Below, piece after piece: positions 26,717-39,715 of a stretch of 64,000 bases of DNA. The DNA comes from Lama glama (Eukaryota), in the NCBI GenBank assembly GCA_028534125.1, contig CM052816.1:19656001-19720000 (forward strand), written 5' to 3'. The notes beneath the pieces were generated by a model. The model saw only the letters and a program-made list of their open reading frames with translations, was not told the origin of the DNA and did no database searches. The position numbers were made by a program, and so were the translations under genes. The stretch's first letter is position 1. Every line of letters begins with the position of its first letter.

Positions 26717-27349
26717 TTCGTTTTTTTTTAATATTGAATATTCATTTTTTTATGAATGCCAGGATAATACATATGTTCTTTCTGATCTGGCAGTTAGTAT
26801 CCAGCGGTCTTCTGATTCTATCTGTTTCTTACTTGTTCTCTAAGCAAATGTTGGTATAAAGTCAAATTTTTCTTTAAGATTAGCTTTAACATAGGTTATG
26901 TTAACTCAGAAAAGTGGCTAATGTCTTGAACCATAGATTCATTAGATTTATCTTTGTCATATTAAGTATGACTCTTCTCTCATTAGGCTGTTCCTGTCCT
27001 AATTTGATTTTACTATTAGTTAATAATTTCTTCATCTGTATAAGCCAAGGAGTCTTTTTATCTGATATCTCTAACTCTGGAAAGATGTCTATGCAGGCTG
27101 TGCTTAGGCCAATTTGGAGCAGTGTGCAATTCCAAACACACACACGCCTTTACAAATCTACCTTATAACAATTTACTATACAATATAAAACTGCTTAATG
27201 AATAATTTCCAATAAAGGCTGAAAACCCCTTTTAAATATGTATTTATAATGGAACCCCTCTTCATTGAGTGTGGTAAGGTCACTATGTAAACTGACACTA
27301 ATTACCCTATTTAATGGCCAAAGGTCTTTACTAGCAAGCTATTCAAAGA
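26717..27349 (-). mobile_element. Retroposed insert of unrecognised sequence (processed 3' fragment or orphan transduction)
   Basis: T9 run at 26721-26729; exact 10-bp TSD ATTTCCTACT at 26707-26716 and 27350-27359; interrupts an L2-like remnant. Confidence 0.65.
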
Positions 27350-27994
27350 ATTTCCTACTACTCTTCCTCTCTACTCAGCTCCAGTCAAGCCCAAGAACAC
27401 TCTTCCCCCAGATAATCTCACTCCATCTCTTCTTTCAAGCTTCTCTCAGATACAGTCTCCTCAAAAAGGCATTGCCTGAACACCATATCTAAAATAACTC
27501 TTCCTTCATTTTCTTCCTCTCTGCCTTATTTTTCTTTCTAGTGTTTACCTGACACTACGTTATTTATTTATAGTCTAATTCACTGTAACGTAAGCTCCAT
27601 GGATGTCAGAACTTTCTTTGTTGATTCTTTGTTGATTACTGTATTCTCAGTAACTAAAATGTACCTATCATATAGCTGGTACTTGGTAAGTATCTGTTGA
27701 ATGCCTCAAAGAATAAATATTATAGCACAGAATCTCTCTTACTTTGAACAATAAGCTACTATTTGGGGAAAAGTGAGAATCGACTTTAATAAAGGCCAGT
27801 TTCAATTTCTATAACTGATCACTTGATGAAATCCCTTAAAATAAAGGTAAAGAAATTATTGCACGATACAGCATCATAATGCTGGATATTCTTGTAAGCA
27901 AGACTTTTAGATAAGCTAAAAGACAAAACAGTCTCTCTCCTGAAAAATTCAGTCCTAAAGACATTAGGTGAGGTAAGCATTCGCACTTAAGGAA

Positions 27995-29220
27995 ACTGAA
28001 ATTGAGTAAGGGGGCAGCCCCAGAAATGGAAGAATGGTTACATACAGGGGAATTGTCAAATAAATATATATGAGATAATGGAAGAAGTCTCTCATTTCTC
28101 AGAGAAGGAACTCACAAATAAGGAAAGAGGAAAAGAGAATGAACCTAGTGGTGGTAGGCCTGCATCAGAGGTTACAATTGAAACTCATGGATTTCAGTGG
28201 ATATATAGTTAGATTCCCTAGCTCCGCCTGCTAAGACTGAGAGCAGAGACATTCTAATAGCACTAATCTCATCTAGTACTGCGATCCTGGTTTTTAAACA
28301 CTATTCTCCACCAAAAGGAATCATGGCTGATTCCTGAGCTTGCAAAGTACAAGGTAAGCCTTCAATATCTTACTGTGCCAGAAAGTAAGGAAGTACCCAA
28401 GAATGATGAGATATGACAAGAGGACACTGAAGACAGCTTGAAGGGGCACCCACAGGCCAAATGTGAGGTTACATAAGCATCAAAATAAACAATGATAATA
28501 ATGGATTATCACCCACTGAATAAACAGTCCATACCAATAAAATAAACGAATAAATTAAAAGTCTAGAAAGGAATGAGTTATGTACATAGTCTCAAAGTAT
28601 ATTTCCACAAACAATTGCAAAGGGAAAAGGAGTAACTTTATCATGGAGATGCTTGGCAGACACCACCTCAAGTGACCCAAGTGAACGTCATTAATAATGG
28701 AAAAAAATGAAATCATGTGCCACCTGATGAGATGCAATGAGAAGTATCTCTTCTGTAACAGTCCTGCCATAGTGCCTAATCTGAATCTCATCATGATGAA
28801 ATATCAGACAAGTCTAAAATGAGAGATATTCTACAAAATAATTGGCTTGTAATTTTCAAAAGCATCTAGGTCATGAAAGTCAAAGAAAGACTGAGAAACT
28901 GTTTCAGACTGAAGAACAATCCAGAGGCACAATTAAATGCTAAATGTGATCTGGACTGGATTCTTTTGCTATGAAGAGTTTTACTGAGACAATTGGTGAC
29001 ATGTGAATGGGGTCTGAGAATTAGATGATAGTAACGTATTAATGTCAATTTCCTAATTTTGATAGTTGTATTGTGGTTATTTAGGAAAACTTTCTTATGT
29101 GTAGGAAATAAAAACAAAGTGTTTGAGAGTGATGGAACACCATGTCAGCAACTTACTCTCAAAAGGTTCAGGAAAAAAAAAGTTCTCTGCAACAGACTTG
29201 CACCTTTTCCATAAAGCTGA
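27995..29220 (+). mobile_element. Old L1 3' UTR (L1MC-type)
   Basis: Characteristic 3' UTR blocks (GGCAGACACCACCT..AAGTGA.C.AAGTGAACGTCA; CAGCAACTTACTCTCAAA). Confidence 0.6.
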
Positions 29221-30105
29221 TATGATAAAACTTTTACATAAATTAAATGTAAATTAGATAAGAGTTTTTAGGTGAACTATTTAGGAATAAATTCTGTTTT
29301 ATTACTGTTCACTTAAAAGTAGTTTCTCTAAATCTTTTTGGGAACTTGAAACTTAGGTTTTGCTAAATGAAGTTAAACAATGGAAATATCTAAGTCATTC
29401 CCAAATAAAATAAGATACTGTAACTTTAACTACTGAACATAGGCTTCCTTTTACAGAGAAACTAAAGATATTTAGTACTATTAATAAATATGTTTGGACT
29501 GTAAATCAACTAAATTTCAATAAAAAATAATTATAAATAAATAAATAAATGTTTGGTGTCTCACTGAAAAAAAAATTTATGTTGTATAAGACAGCATGTG
29601 TTCTTTAGAAATCATAAATAGCCTAAGTTGACCAATCTACAGAACACTAATATAAAAGACAGCTCTTAATTGTTTACTTCTTGGTTTTCACTAGAAACTA
29701 AGGTTTTTAAAGGTTAAGAATTCTAATTAAAATATGTAATTAAAACTATTTTAAAAACTAATAAGGAAAACATCTTTGTAAGCAAAGAAAATTAAGGTAT
29801 AAGGATAGAAATGCATTTTGTTAAGGGAAGAGAAAGTAATTTTGTTCTAAAGCTGTTTAATTCTAAATGGGAAAGAAAATATAGGACAAAATATAGATAT
29901 GGAAAGTTGTACAGGTTTGTGAGGAAAAAAAATCTTTAGAAAGAAATTCCACGTATGGTCAGGACTAAGATTAGAATAAATTTAACTGAGTAGATAAATT
30001 TTAATAATAAAGGTAAAAGGGTGCAAAATCTGAATTTTATTTTTTTCTTTGTTAAGAGGACAAAAGTTTCTTAGAATACTGATCTGCTTTTAATAACAGA
30101 TTGTA

Positions 30106-30244
30106 GGGTGTAGCTCAGTGGTAGAGTGCATGCCTAGCATGCACAAGGTCCCAGGTTCAATCCCCAGGACCTCCATTAAAAATAAACAAACAAACCTAAT
30201 TATCACCCCCCCCAAAACAAACATATTTAAAAAAAATTTTTTTA
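30106..30244 (+). mobile_element. tRNA-derived SINE (Vic-1-like), nested in the ERV
   Basis: TAGCTCAGTGGTAGAG...GGTTCAATCCC; exact TSD AATAACAGATTGTA at 30092-30105 and 30245-30258. Confidence 0.9.
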
Positions 30245-30426
30245 AATAACAGATTGTAAAGTTTCTTTACCTTTCAAGTAATCTGTTATAATTTTCTATA
30301 TCTGCCTTGAAAATTTTTATTGTCACTTGGTTAAGTGAATATTATTTCACAGTGACCTGTGATGCAATCCGACTGCTTTTAAAATCCTTTTGAAATTTTT
30401 GACAAAGTTTCCAAAGATCAAATTCT

Positions 30427-30866
30427 TTTTTTTAGGGTGTGTCAGTTTTAGTTTGTTCATAAAAGGAAAGTGAAATATTATACACTCTCAACAATTATGC
30501 ACTCCAGAAAAGAACACACAATTACATGCCAAAAGGGAATCTGATTAAGGAAGTAAAATAATGAACATTTATTGGTTTATAATAATAAATTTTTTTTCCT
30601 TTTTTAAAGAAAAAGAAGAAAGCCTTGTCCAGTATCTGCTACTAACTAGCTACGTAAAGTGAATGTTTAACATTCATAAGTGTTACTTTTCTCTGTTAAG
30701 TAAATCAGATATGCTTAATCAGATGGGCTTCTACAGACCTCTTATGGTTCAAATTCCACCATGTCAACATTTTCTTAATTTTAATTCTCTTTTGTCCAAA
30801 CACTATTTAATTGTTCTTTATCCAAATGTGTTTGTTTATTTCTATCTTAAAGTTTTACTTCTAATA
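30427..30866 (-). mobile_element. Retroposed insert of unrecognised sequence inside the ERV
   Basis: Exact 15-bp TSD CAAAGATCAAATTCT at 30412-30426 and 30867-30881; adjacent T-run; TT/AGAA L1 endonuclease-type site on minus strand. Confidence 0.75.
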
Positions 30867-31240
30867 CAAAGATCAAATTCTAACTGAAGTTTCTTTGTCC
30901 TCTAGCTAACTTTGAGGTTTTCCAAAGGGCCCCCAGAACACTGCAAGAAAACTATTTTCTCCCACTATCAAAGAAAGATATTAAACTAATTAGGCTTATT
31001 TGGTATGTTAAATTACACAAAAAGCATTGTCAAATGAGTGATAAACCTTCTTAGATTATACTGCATGGATAAATTCAATTAATATCGATATTCTAGAAAT
31101 TATACGGAATTCCTAAAAGTTTGGTATGGCCTTGTAAAACATTATCAGCCATAATTCTAGTTATTATCTTAAAATTTTGTATGCCACAGCAATAACCAAG
31201 ATTATTTGTCAAATACATGTAATCAGATCTTTAATCATGA

Positions 31241-31372
31241 CTTTTTTGGGGGGTAGGGTGGAGGGAGGTAATTAGGTTTATTTATTTATTTTTAGAAGAG
31301 GTACTGGGGATTGAACCCAGTACTTTGTGCATGCTAAGCAAGCACTCTACCACTTAAGCTATATCCTCCCCC
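31241..31372 (-). mobile_element. tRNA-derived SINE (Vic-1-like), nested in the ERV
   Basis: A and B boxes and shared tail. Confidence 0.86.
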
Positions 31373-31707
31373 AGCCATGATTTTTAGTCTTTTGTCATTC
31401 ATACAGCTGTACTCTGATATCATTGTGGAAAAAAAAAAGCTTCATCTTCAAGAAGATTCATATGCAGGACTTTCTGACAAGTAAAGGTTTTTGGTAACTT
31501 TCAGATCATACTACTGAACTGGGTAAGAAATTGAAGAATTCTAATGTAAAACCTGATGGCCTCATAAAACTGTTCATAGAAGATTTAAATCAAGGATTAG
31601 TCATACATCAAAAAAAAATGATTAGTCACAAAGGACTAAGCAAACAGACGAATATGGTTATAATTTGGAGGGAGGAGGGGTTTGTCTGAAATATTACTGG
31701 TTTTTAA

Positions 31708-31893
31708 TCTCCGTGCAAACAAAAGTCCAGGACCGGATGGCTTCACTGGGGAATTCTTCCAAACATACAAAGAAGAACTCATACTGGTCCTCCTCAAACT
31801 CTTCCAGAAGATTGAAAAGGAAGGAGTACTCCCAAAATCAGCCTATGAAGCCCCCATCACCCTGATACCAAAACCAAAGACACTAACAAAAAA
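31708..31893 (+). mobile_element. Short internal L1 ORF2 fragment with TSD
   Basis: [48 protein letters not shown]; flanked by TGAAATATTACTG(G/T)TTTTTAA on both sides. Confidence 0.85.
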
Positions 31894-34035
31894 TGAAATA
31901 TTACTGTTTTTTAAATCTTGTGTTTTCCAAATATAAGGAAACCCTTCCCCTCAAGCTAATTATGACTTACAGCTATTGAGTAAATTATACCTTTGTAAGC
32001 AGAAGTGAAACATTCATCTTTTCTCTCTACCTGATTCCTCCAGAAACTGGAAACTCTTAGGTTCCCAGTAGTTTTACCAGGTGAATAATAAAGGCTACCT
32101 CGTGGCAGGTGCAGGAATATCTAGATATTCTGGAGACCCTGAGGAGAGAGAAACCCATCAAAATTTATAGATATCAGAATACGACAGCAAGCCCTTGGCA
32201 TGGCTTTCCTGGTCTTGGGAGGCCTTTAAAAGTTCAATTTCAGATTCATTATGGAAATTCCAGCTCAGCCAACTTATAAGAGCCTACAAGATCAATTATA
32301 TTTATGTAAATAATTAGGCCAAGTTTATTGAAACCAGACTCATTTTGCAAACAAATTAATCTTAACTTGGCTATATTTGGTAGAAATTAGGGTAATTTTA
32401 AAGAGAAAAAAACTGTTTTAGTGGATATTAAGTTCTAGTGTTGTCTTTGAGGGTTTTTTTGTATTTACTACCTACGACTCACTTCTCAGGTGGCTCCTTG
32501 TTATCATATTATTGTATAGTTTAATTACAACTCACTTAATTGAATTATTAAGAGGACATTATAAGTCTGTTTCTGAAGCTTATCACAGCAATCTAATTTT
32601 GGATGAAGATCAGATGCCCTATGACCTGCAACCAGGAAATTATGTGTACTGGAAAAGACATCAGATAAAGGACTCTTTGCAGTCACATTGGAAGGGGCCA
32701 TTATCAGGCCTCCTCTCCTGAACAGATTGCAACTCCTGTTTCTGTTGCCTGGTTTCAGCTAATTGAGACCAGCACTACCAGACCAGGATGAGAAAACGAC
32801 ATCTGAAGTAGATAGCTGACCCAAGATGCTGGACCAGGCCCAAATCCTAATGACTCTGATAATTGCACACACTTTTGCTTATGAGCCAAATGCAATTCTT
32901 TCTTGGGCTCAATCATATGCTAAGTTTCAAAAATCAATGATTGCTGGATTTGGGCCAATTAGCTATGTCTAGTACTCTTGGGTTACCTTGGTAGATCTCT
33001 CCTCTCCCAGGTTCTAAATGCATGGCCCTTAGACACTTTATTTTAGAAGAAAGAAACTCTAGTACCATGCAAGTTAATACCAATATCACTCAGTGGGACT
33101 CTCTTACCTGGCCAGTTAATGACATCTGTTCTGAACCTGGCCATAAATACTCCTTTCCACCAGATGTTAAATACTGGGTAGCTCCTAAAAGGACCCAATG
33201 GACTTATGGAACAAGTTAATGGCCTTGGCTCTCTCCAGGTTGGCTAGGAAGATGCACAACTGGTTTCCTTTGGGCTTAAAGTCACCTACAGGTGGCCTCG
33301 GAAACAGGCCCTGCCAATTTGCCTTTAATTCCAGCACACTGGGTTCAATCAGTTTTCCTATGATATGACCATTTAGCCACAACATTCGCTATTTCACTTG
33401 AAAAAGAAGATATTCTTACTTATATAGAGGCTTTAACAAAATTTACTCAGGAAGCTTTGAATGACAGTCATCAAGCCATCAGCTTGCTCAATTTGGAAGT
33501 CTCCATGATGAGAAAAAGAATAGTGTGGCCCTCAAGATTCTAACTGCTTCCCAAGGGTGAACTTGTGCTATAATATATACTGAATGTTGTGTTTTATACC
33601 CAATGAGTCTCCTGATACAACTCATCTTATGACTCACGAAGAATCAAATTTCCACTCTGAATGATCCTCTTACCAGTTCAGGAGAAATACTAGGAAAATG
33701 GTTTGGTTTTGGAGAATCTCGGCTTAAATTTCTTAACTATTGATCACATCTATAGTTCTCTATAAATTAATGAACCTGCACAATGAACATGCAAAGCAAA
33801 ATTGACATAAGTCCTATTGGACAACTTGGAATTGACCCTTAGTCCTTGCCAGACATCTTACTAGTACAAATGCCTAAAAGAAAAGAAAGAACTGGGCTAT
33901 TAAGACCCAAGACCCAACACTGAGAGACATGACAGACCCACGGCAGGTAAGCCATCACCCTGGGATCTAGAGACCAAACATTTGATCACCTAATGCTTTC
34001 TATCAAAAGATTGATGATCAAAGGGAGGAAATTAA

Positions 34036-34429
34036 TGAAATAAATTTCTTACTTTATCGCAAGACAAGAAAAATTTAAACAAAAATTTTCTCTGCCTGTT
34101 TGGGCCTCCTCCCTTTAGCACATATTGTGCATCTATATTAGCCAGACCTACTTAGGAGATAACCTTATTAATCTTGTAAAGGAGCATGAAGATCCACTAC
34201 TAGTTTTGTACATTCGGATCTGGGTTGCGTAAACTGTCCATACATTATCTGATGTATAACCCTTTATTTTAAAAAAGTACATAACTGTGCTTTGACCTCT
34301 AAATGGTAGAATATTCCTCAGAGCTTTCTGAAAGACTATTTCTCAATCTGTAATCCTCAAGTTGGTTGGAATAAAATTTTCCATTTCTTTCTTAGACCTT
34401 AAGACTATTGACGGATTTTACTGTCAACA
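34036..34429 (+). mobile_element. 3' LTR of the ERV
   Basis: Starts TG shortly after the PPT, AATAAA at 34370-34375, ends ...TCAACA. Confidence 0.7.
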
Positions 34430-35418
34430 CTATATTTAGGCTAATCATTCACTTTATTCCAAATAGTTAGGAACATTCTATTCATTTCCTGGTTGAAAAG
34501 ACAAATTTTACTAATATCTTCTGAGGACACAAGGTGAATAAGGTCCTCTCCATCTCTGCTCTCGAGTAACTTGCAGTTCAAATGGGAAGACAAACAACCA
34601 GGCAAGGACAATAGAGAGTGAAATCTTAAGAAATAATAGGAGTTAGTTCCAGGAAAAGGGCTGTCAAGAGTGTCCTCAGAAAAAAGAACAACCTGTGCAA
34701 TAGCCTTTGTTCATGAAAGGGGATTCTGAAAAATCAGTATGGCAGAGCAAAGTCAAGTGACTGAGTCAAGTGCCTGAAGTGAGGCAGGAGGTTAGGACAT
34801 AAAAAGAACCTCTTTGGAATTAAAGGAGAGATTAGAGACTAGAAGAAGTCTATGGCAGTAATTCAGGCAAGAAATGATTGACTAAATAGCAGCAGTGGGT
34901 ATACAGGTGTGTCAATCAATAAAAACACTTGTAAAAAGTTAATTTATAATCATATTTTAGGTCATCTGGATAAAAAACAACATCTCACAGCCTAGTGTTG
35001 CCACAAGATTTCATGGTTCACTTTTGTATTTTTATTTACTGTTTTATCACAGGCTAATAATATGCTAGAGTCCTTCAAGTCAAGTCCAGCCAAGTGAAAG
35101 CCAAAAATCATCAAAATACACAAAATAAGCAGAAGTCTTACAGTACATCGATAAAAAAATGAAAAGAATATGCAGTCATAAGACCACATGATGTAAAGAC
35201 AAATAGAAAAGAACCTGCTTTGTAGTAGTCACTATCATAGATCCATTTTGAGTGACTATAACATGAAGATTTTATTTTTATACGTACCAACTTGCAATAG
35301 GTTATTAGAAGTCTAGTAGTAAATATGTAATCAAGTTTTCATTAAATGAATTTGAATTATTTTATTTTGGCATCATTAATAAATTAAGTAGTCCATCAAA
35401 ACAATGGATCAGAGATTT

Positions 35419-35924
35419 TAAAGGGGGCCAGAATATACCACAATGGCATAAAAATTATTCTGAGCAGAGGGCATGAGTTCCTGATCACTTATTGGCCTAA
35501 AAGAAGAGCCTCCCAAAAGAAAAAATAATTAAGTTGTCATAAATCTCCTCCCCAGGAGCAACCACAGAAGACTGACTCATTACCTGAGATGAGAAGTCTC
35601 CACACTACACCTAAACATACACTGTCACAAAATGATGAGGTCTCCCCTCTATTCCAGGGGCCCATTTATCTTTCCTAAAACTAATTTATTTTCCCGTAAG
35701 TGCCTTCTTTCTCTCTCTCTCCCTGCTTTCCTTATTAAGATGGTATATGATGGCATACAAGTCCCAAATTCTGTCTGTCTCACTGAGTCACATTTTTATG
35801 AACCCTCACATTACAAAAGTAAATTTTGTCTTTTTTCTTGCTAATTTGGCTTTTGCCAGTTTAATTCACAGGCTCCCAAACACTAAAACTAAGACGGCAG
35901 AGGAAAAGTTTTCTTCTTCCAACA
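35419..35924 (+). mobile_element. Solo LTR, MER34-like (ERV1)
   Basis: Start AAGGGGGCCAGAATAT...TGGCATAAAAATTATT and end GAGGAAAAGTTTTCTTCTTCCAACA resemble the MER34-type consensus as I recall it. Confidence 0.6.
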
Positions 35925-38079
35925 ACTGAAAACAAGTTTCACCTTTAAAAAGGAAAACTGGTGATCATGATAATCATCCAAATGATACTACAACATGTTC
36001 AAAATCAAAAAACTAATCAATTTTGGCTTCAGCCAAATATAATCCATCATATCATTTAATGTTTTAAAGTTTGAATTATGTGGCTTTTGTAGACTTTTTA
36101 CTTTAATTTGTTTTGGTTTACAATGGTATGACAGCCATAAACATAAGGAGTTTATACATAGTTTTGTGTTTGTATATACATTTTATAAAAACTAATTAAA
36201 CACGGGTTGCAAAGAAATATTTAGCACCTATACATTACTTATATGTTAAAAAATGATTGAGGAAATAGAACTGATGAGACTTGATATGGAATTGAATATG
36301 TGAATTGATGTAGAACTGAAGAGACGGAAGAATCAAGGATTATTCACAGGATTCCAAAGTGAGCAACTCAGTAGACGGCAATGCCATTTACCAGGATAGA
36401 GGAGGAGAAAAGAATGGGGGAAGGCAGGGAATAGCAAAGGGAAGAGGGACTGAAGAATCACTTTAAACATAATTTTAGGAGCCACCAAAAAATTCAAGTG
36501 GAGATGTCCAACAGAAAGACATCTATCTGCAGCCAAAGAGATGGGTTTTTAGCCTATGATACAACTTTGGGATTCACTGGCATATGTACAATATTTTGAT
36601 ACCATGAGAGTTAATGATCTCATGCAAGGAGTATGTAAAGAGTAAAAAGAGAACCAATCACAGCAATTATGTGAAATAGTAAGTGTTTTGTTTTTTTTTT
36701 AAAGAAAAGAGAAACAGGTCAAAACACTGCAAGGAACATCAACATTTTAGGGAAAAGAGGGAGCAACTGAAAGATAGAACTGAAAAATATTTTTTGTACT
36801 TAATAACCAAGAAGTCATCTGTGGCCTTACTAAGCACAGTTTTGGTGGATGTGTGGAAGTAGAAGCCAAATTAGAAAGGGTAAAAAATAAACAAATGAGA
36901 GATTAAATTAAATGATTGAATCTCAATCACCCAACCAGCAGCTCCAGAAACAAAGACATGTTAAGTTTCACCTTTCTAAATTTCTATTCTATAGGACTCT
37001 ATGGACTCTTAGAATCTGCATTAGTAAAAATTTCATGTACTGGTATTTCTCATGTACTCCAGGATGAACTTCATGAACTTTGGAAATCAATGATGCATAA
37101 AAATGATTGAGACATTATTATTTATGAAATCTAGAACAAAAAAGTTAAAAGATATTTCTGATATATTATCCTAATGAATACAAAATGTAAGTTATTAATT
37201 TTATAAGTTTCTTCAAGAAAGCCTACTCAAGAGTCAAAAGAACACACTCAATAAACTATTCCTTTTAAATAAATTTAACCTTAAGGGGGAAAGATGCTTC
37301 CCAGAATGGTTTCCCCTAATACTCCAAGTAAAACAAAAACTTAAGATCTTGTATTCTTCAGCAACTGATTCACTAATCCATTCAGTTAACATACACTGAG
37401 CTACTATTTGCCAGGGACAGTTTACACTTTCCACCTATCATTCATGAATCCAACTGAATAACCAATTTAAATTAATTCAAGGCTCCTCTGAATATGATTC
37501 TATTAATTATAGTGTCCTACATGAAAGTACAAAAAAAAGTCACAGTAAAGTAGCCAAATATTCAAAAACATTGTGCTTTAGATAGCAATGTGTTACATAA
37601 TCCTCAGAAAGTTCCTTCTGTGTATGTGCTTTTAAATACAACAGGTTTGAAAGACAAGTATTGGGGGGGAAAACTGAGCACCTAAGCCGCACATCAAAAT
37701 ACAGTCTGATCACTTAAAGAGCTGACTACTTGAAATTGTAAGTGCAACAAAGGGATGCTACTGCTTGAGTACAAATTGTGGGTCAGTCAATAAACATAAG
37801 GGCTTTAATAAAGCAACTGAGGGGCAAGAGCAAATACTAAGAATCAAAGTAGGGGTACAGGCAACTTCAGGATCTACAAAACATTTATGAAATGTGATGT
37901 TGAAACAACAAAGAAATGGACTAAATACGAACAAAAGTGAGAGACAGACTATGTATTAATTATAATACAAAGGAAAATAAACGAGGTGGCAGTTTCGAAA
38001 AATATCAGCAAATATTTACTATAATTATATGTATACACCCACATAAAGAAACCAAAGAGAAGGTTCTGATCTTTGATAA

Positions 38080-38300
38080 TAGTGGTTAAGTAAGACTGCC
38101 TAGTTTAAATCTAGGTTCCACAACTTATTAGCTGTGTGACCTTGATCGAGTTGCTTGACTACTCAGTTTCCTTGTTAGTAAATCTAACAGTTCTTATCTC
38201 ATAGGGCTGTTGTGAGGATTAAATGAGATGATGCATATAATGCAATCTAGCACAGTGACTGGGCACAAAGTAAACAATAAATGTTAGTTCTTATTATTAC
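38080..38300 (+). mobile_element. MIR remnant
   Basis: CTTATTAGCTGTGTGACCTTG...CTCAGTTTCC...GTTGTGAGGATTAAATGAGA core. Confidence 0.75.
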
Positions 38301-39715
38301 TATTGTATATATTTCAGGAGCTCCCCGTCTATCAGAAGAGACTAAAAAGAAGCTCAACACAATAAGATCTATTAGAGGCATGCAAGGAGCCCAAAGTTAC
38401 TGCCCTGACTGAAAACATTAGCCCCAACAATCAGCATCCTAGACCATATGCCAATTTTATTCTCAGCATGCTTTGATCACTACTAAGGACTTCCTGTATT
38501 AAAAATACAATCATAAATATGGTTTACCTCATAGTGAAACTAAAAGATTTACACTTCTGTCAGCCTAGAGATATGAACACAAGTCTAGCATTTAAACTGA
38601 AGACCAATCTGCACCCATATTCTATTGTTTTAGCTGATGATATTGTACAAAAATCCACAGAAAAATTTACCAGAAAAAAATTAAGTCAATACACGTTTAA
38701 TGAACTAAATTGCAAAATATCCAATCCTAAGAATTTCATTCAATAAAACTGGTAACTCCTTAAATGTGCTAGATACCATGTGGGTCTGATGGAGAGAGGA
38801 TGATGTGAAAAAAAAAAAGATATTCTTGTCATCATAGCATTTACAGTCTAGAAGAGAAACTGGTATTATTTTATAAAATTAGAATACAACAGGAGGATCC
38901 AGGGGAGGGAGGATGTAAAATATCCCTCTAATTCAATCTATATGGGGAAAAGTTGAATACTGCATAAATACTATAAAAAATAAAATTAATAAAACTACAG
39001 TTTTTAACTGCCTTGGCAAATTAACTCAAATAGTCAACAAAGAAGCTAATTAAAAGTAGGAGTCACAAAATAACAACCAAAAAAGTGAGAGTCATGACTG
39101 GTCTTTAGCTTTATTATATGGTAATCAGATGAAGATCTGCCAGCTTAAGAAGTCTTGTAGTTCCACTATCAATTTTTGCAAAGGAAATATGTGTACACAA
39201 ATCTACATGGGAACTTAGAAAAACCAGTCTAGACAACTTTCGGATTGTAGTCAAGGTAACAATCTACCACAGAAATAGATGTCTAGGTATGTGAAGGATT
39301 CTGTAATATAAAGACACTATACAATACGAAAGCAAGTTATAGAAAAATGAAAAAGGCGACTACTCGATCTTTCAATTATAATCTAAAAAAATGTGAAGAT
39401 CTAATTAAACTGCAATATGTAATTTAAGCAAGCTACATTAAACCTAAAGTTTACGAGTTGTCAATAAAATACTTGTAAGTGCCTACAAAGAGTTAACCAA
39501 AAAAATTAGATTCCAGCACTTAATTTAGTTTTCACCTTCTAGAGAAATACCCTCCCCTCCAATTCTCCACCATAACCCTACTCTATTAGTCATGGTATGA
39601 ACAATAAAGGAACCCAAAACAGACATTAGCCATTTTACTGAGAATATTAAAAAAAAATCTTTAGAAATAAGGCTTATAAAAAGACTGAAAAAATTATATC
39701 TTAACAAGGGTATAT

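Larger units (their letters stand above)
29230..34035 (+). mobile_element. Degenerate class I (gamma-like) ERV internal region with integrase C-terminal and env remnants; antisense to SEC24A
   Basis: LQPGNYVYWKRHQIKDSLQSHWKGP (integrase GPY/F-type module, ~32625-32700); env TM remnant NSVALKILTASQG*TCAIIYTECC (33519-33590; ISD plus CX6CC); polypurine tract AAAGGGAGGAAA ~34020-34031; left boundary approximate. Confidence 0.8.

Noticed and set aside
26901..27168. 80-84 aa ORFs within the retroposed insert
   Set aside because: No recognisable protein similarity; lengths are compatible with chance.
30106..30175. tRNA-like sequences with A and B boxes
   Set aside because: They are SINE heads with shared tails and TSDs, not tRNA genes.
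32845..33760. Possible domesticated env (syncytin-like) gene
   Set aside because: Multiple stops and frameshifts, including a TGA in the ISD region.
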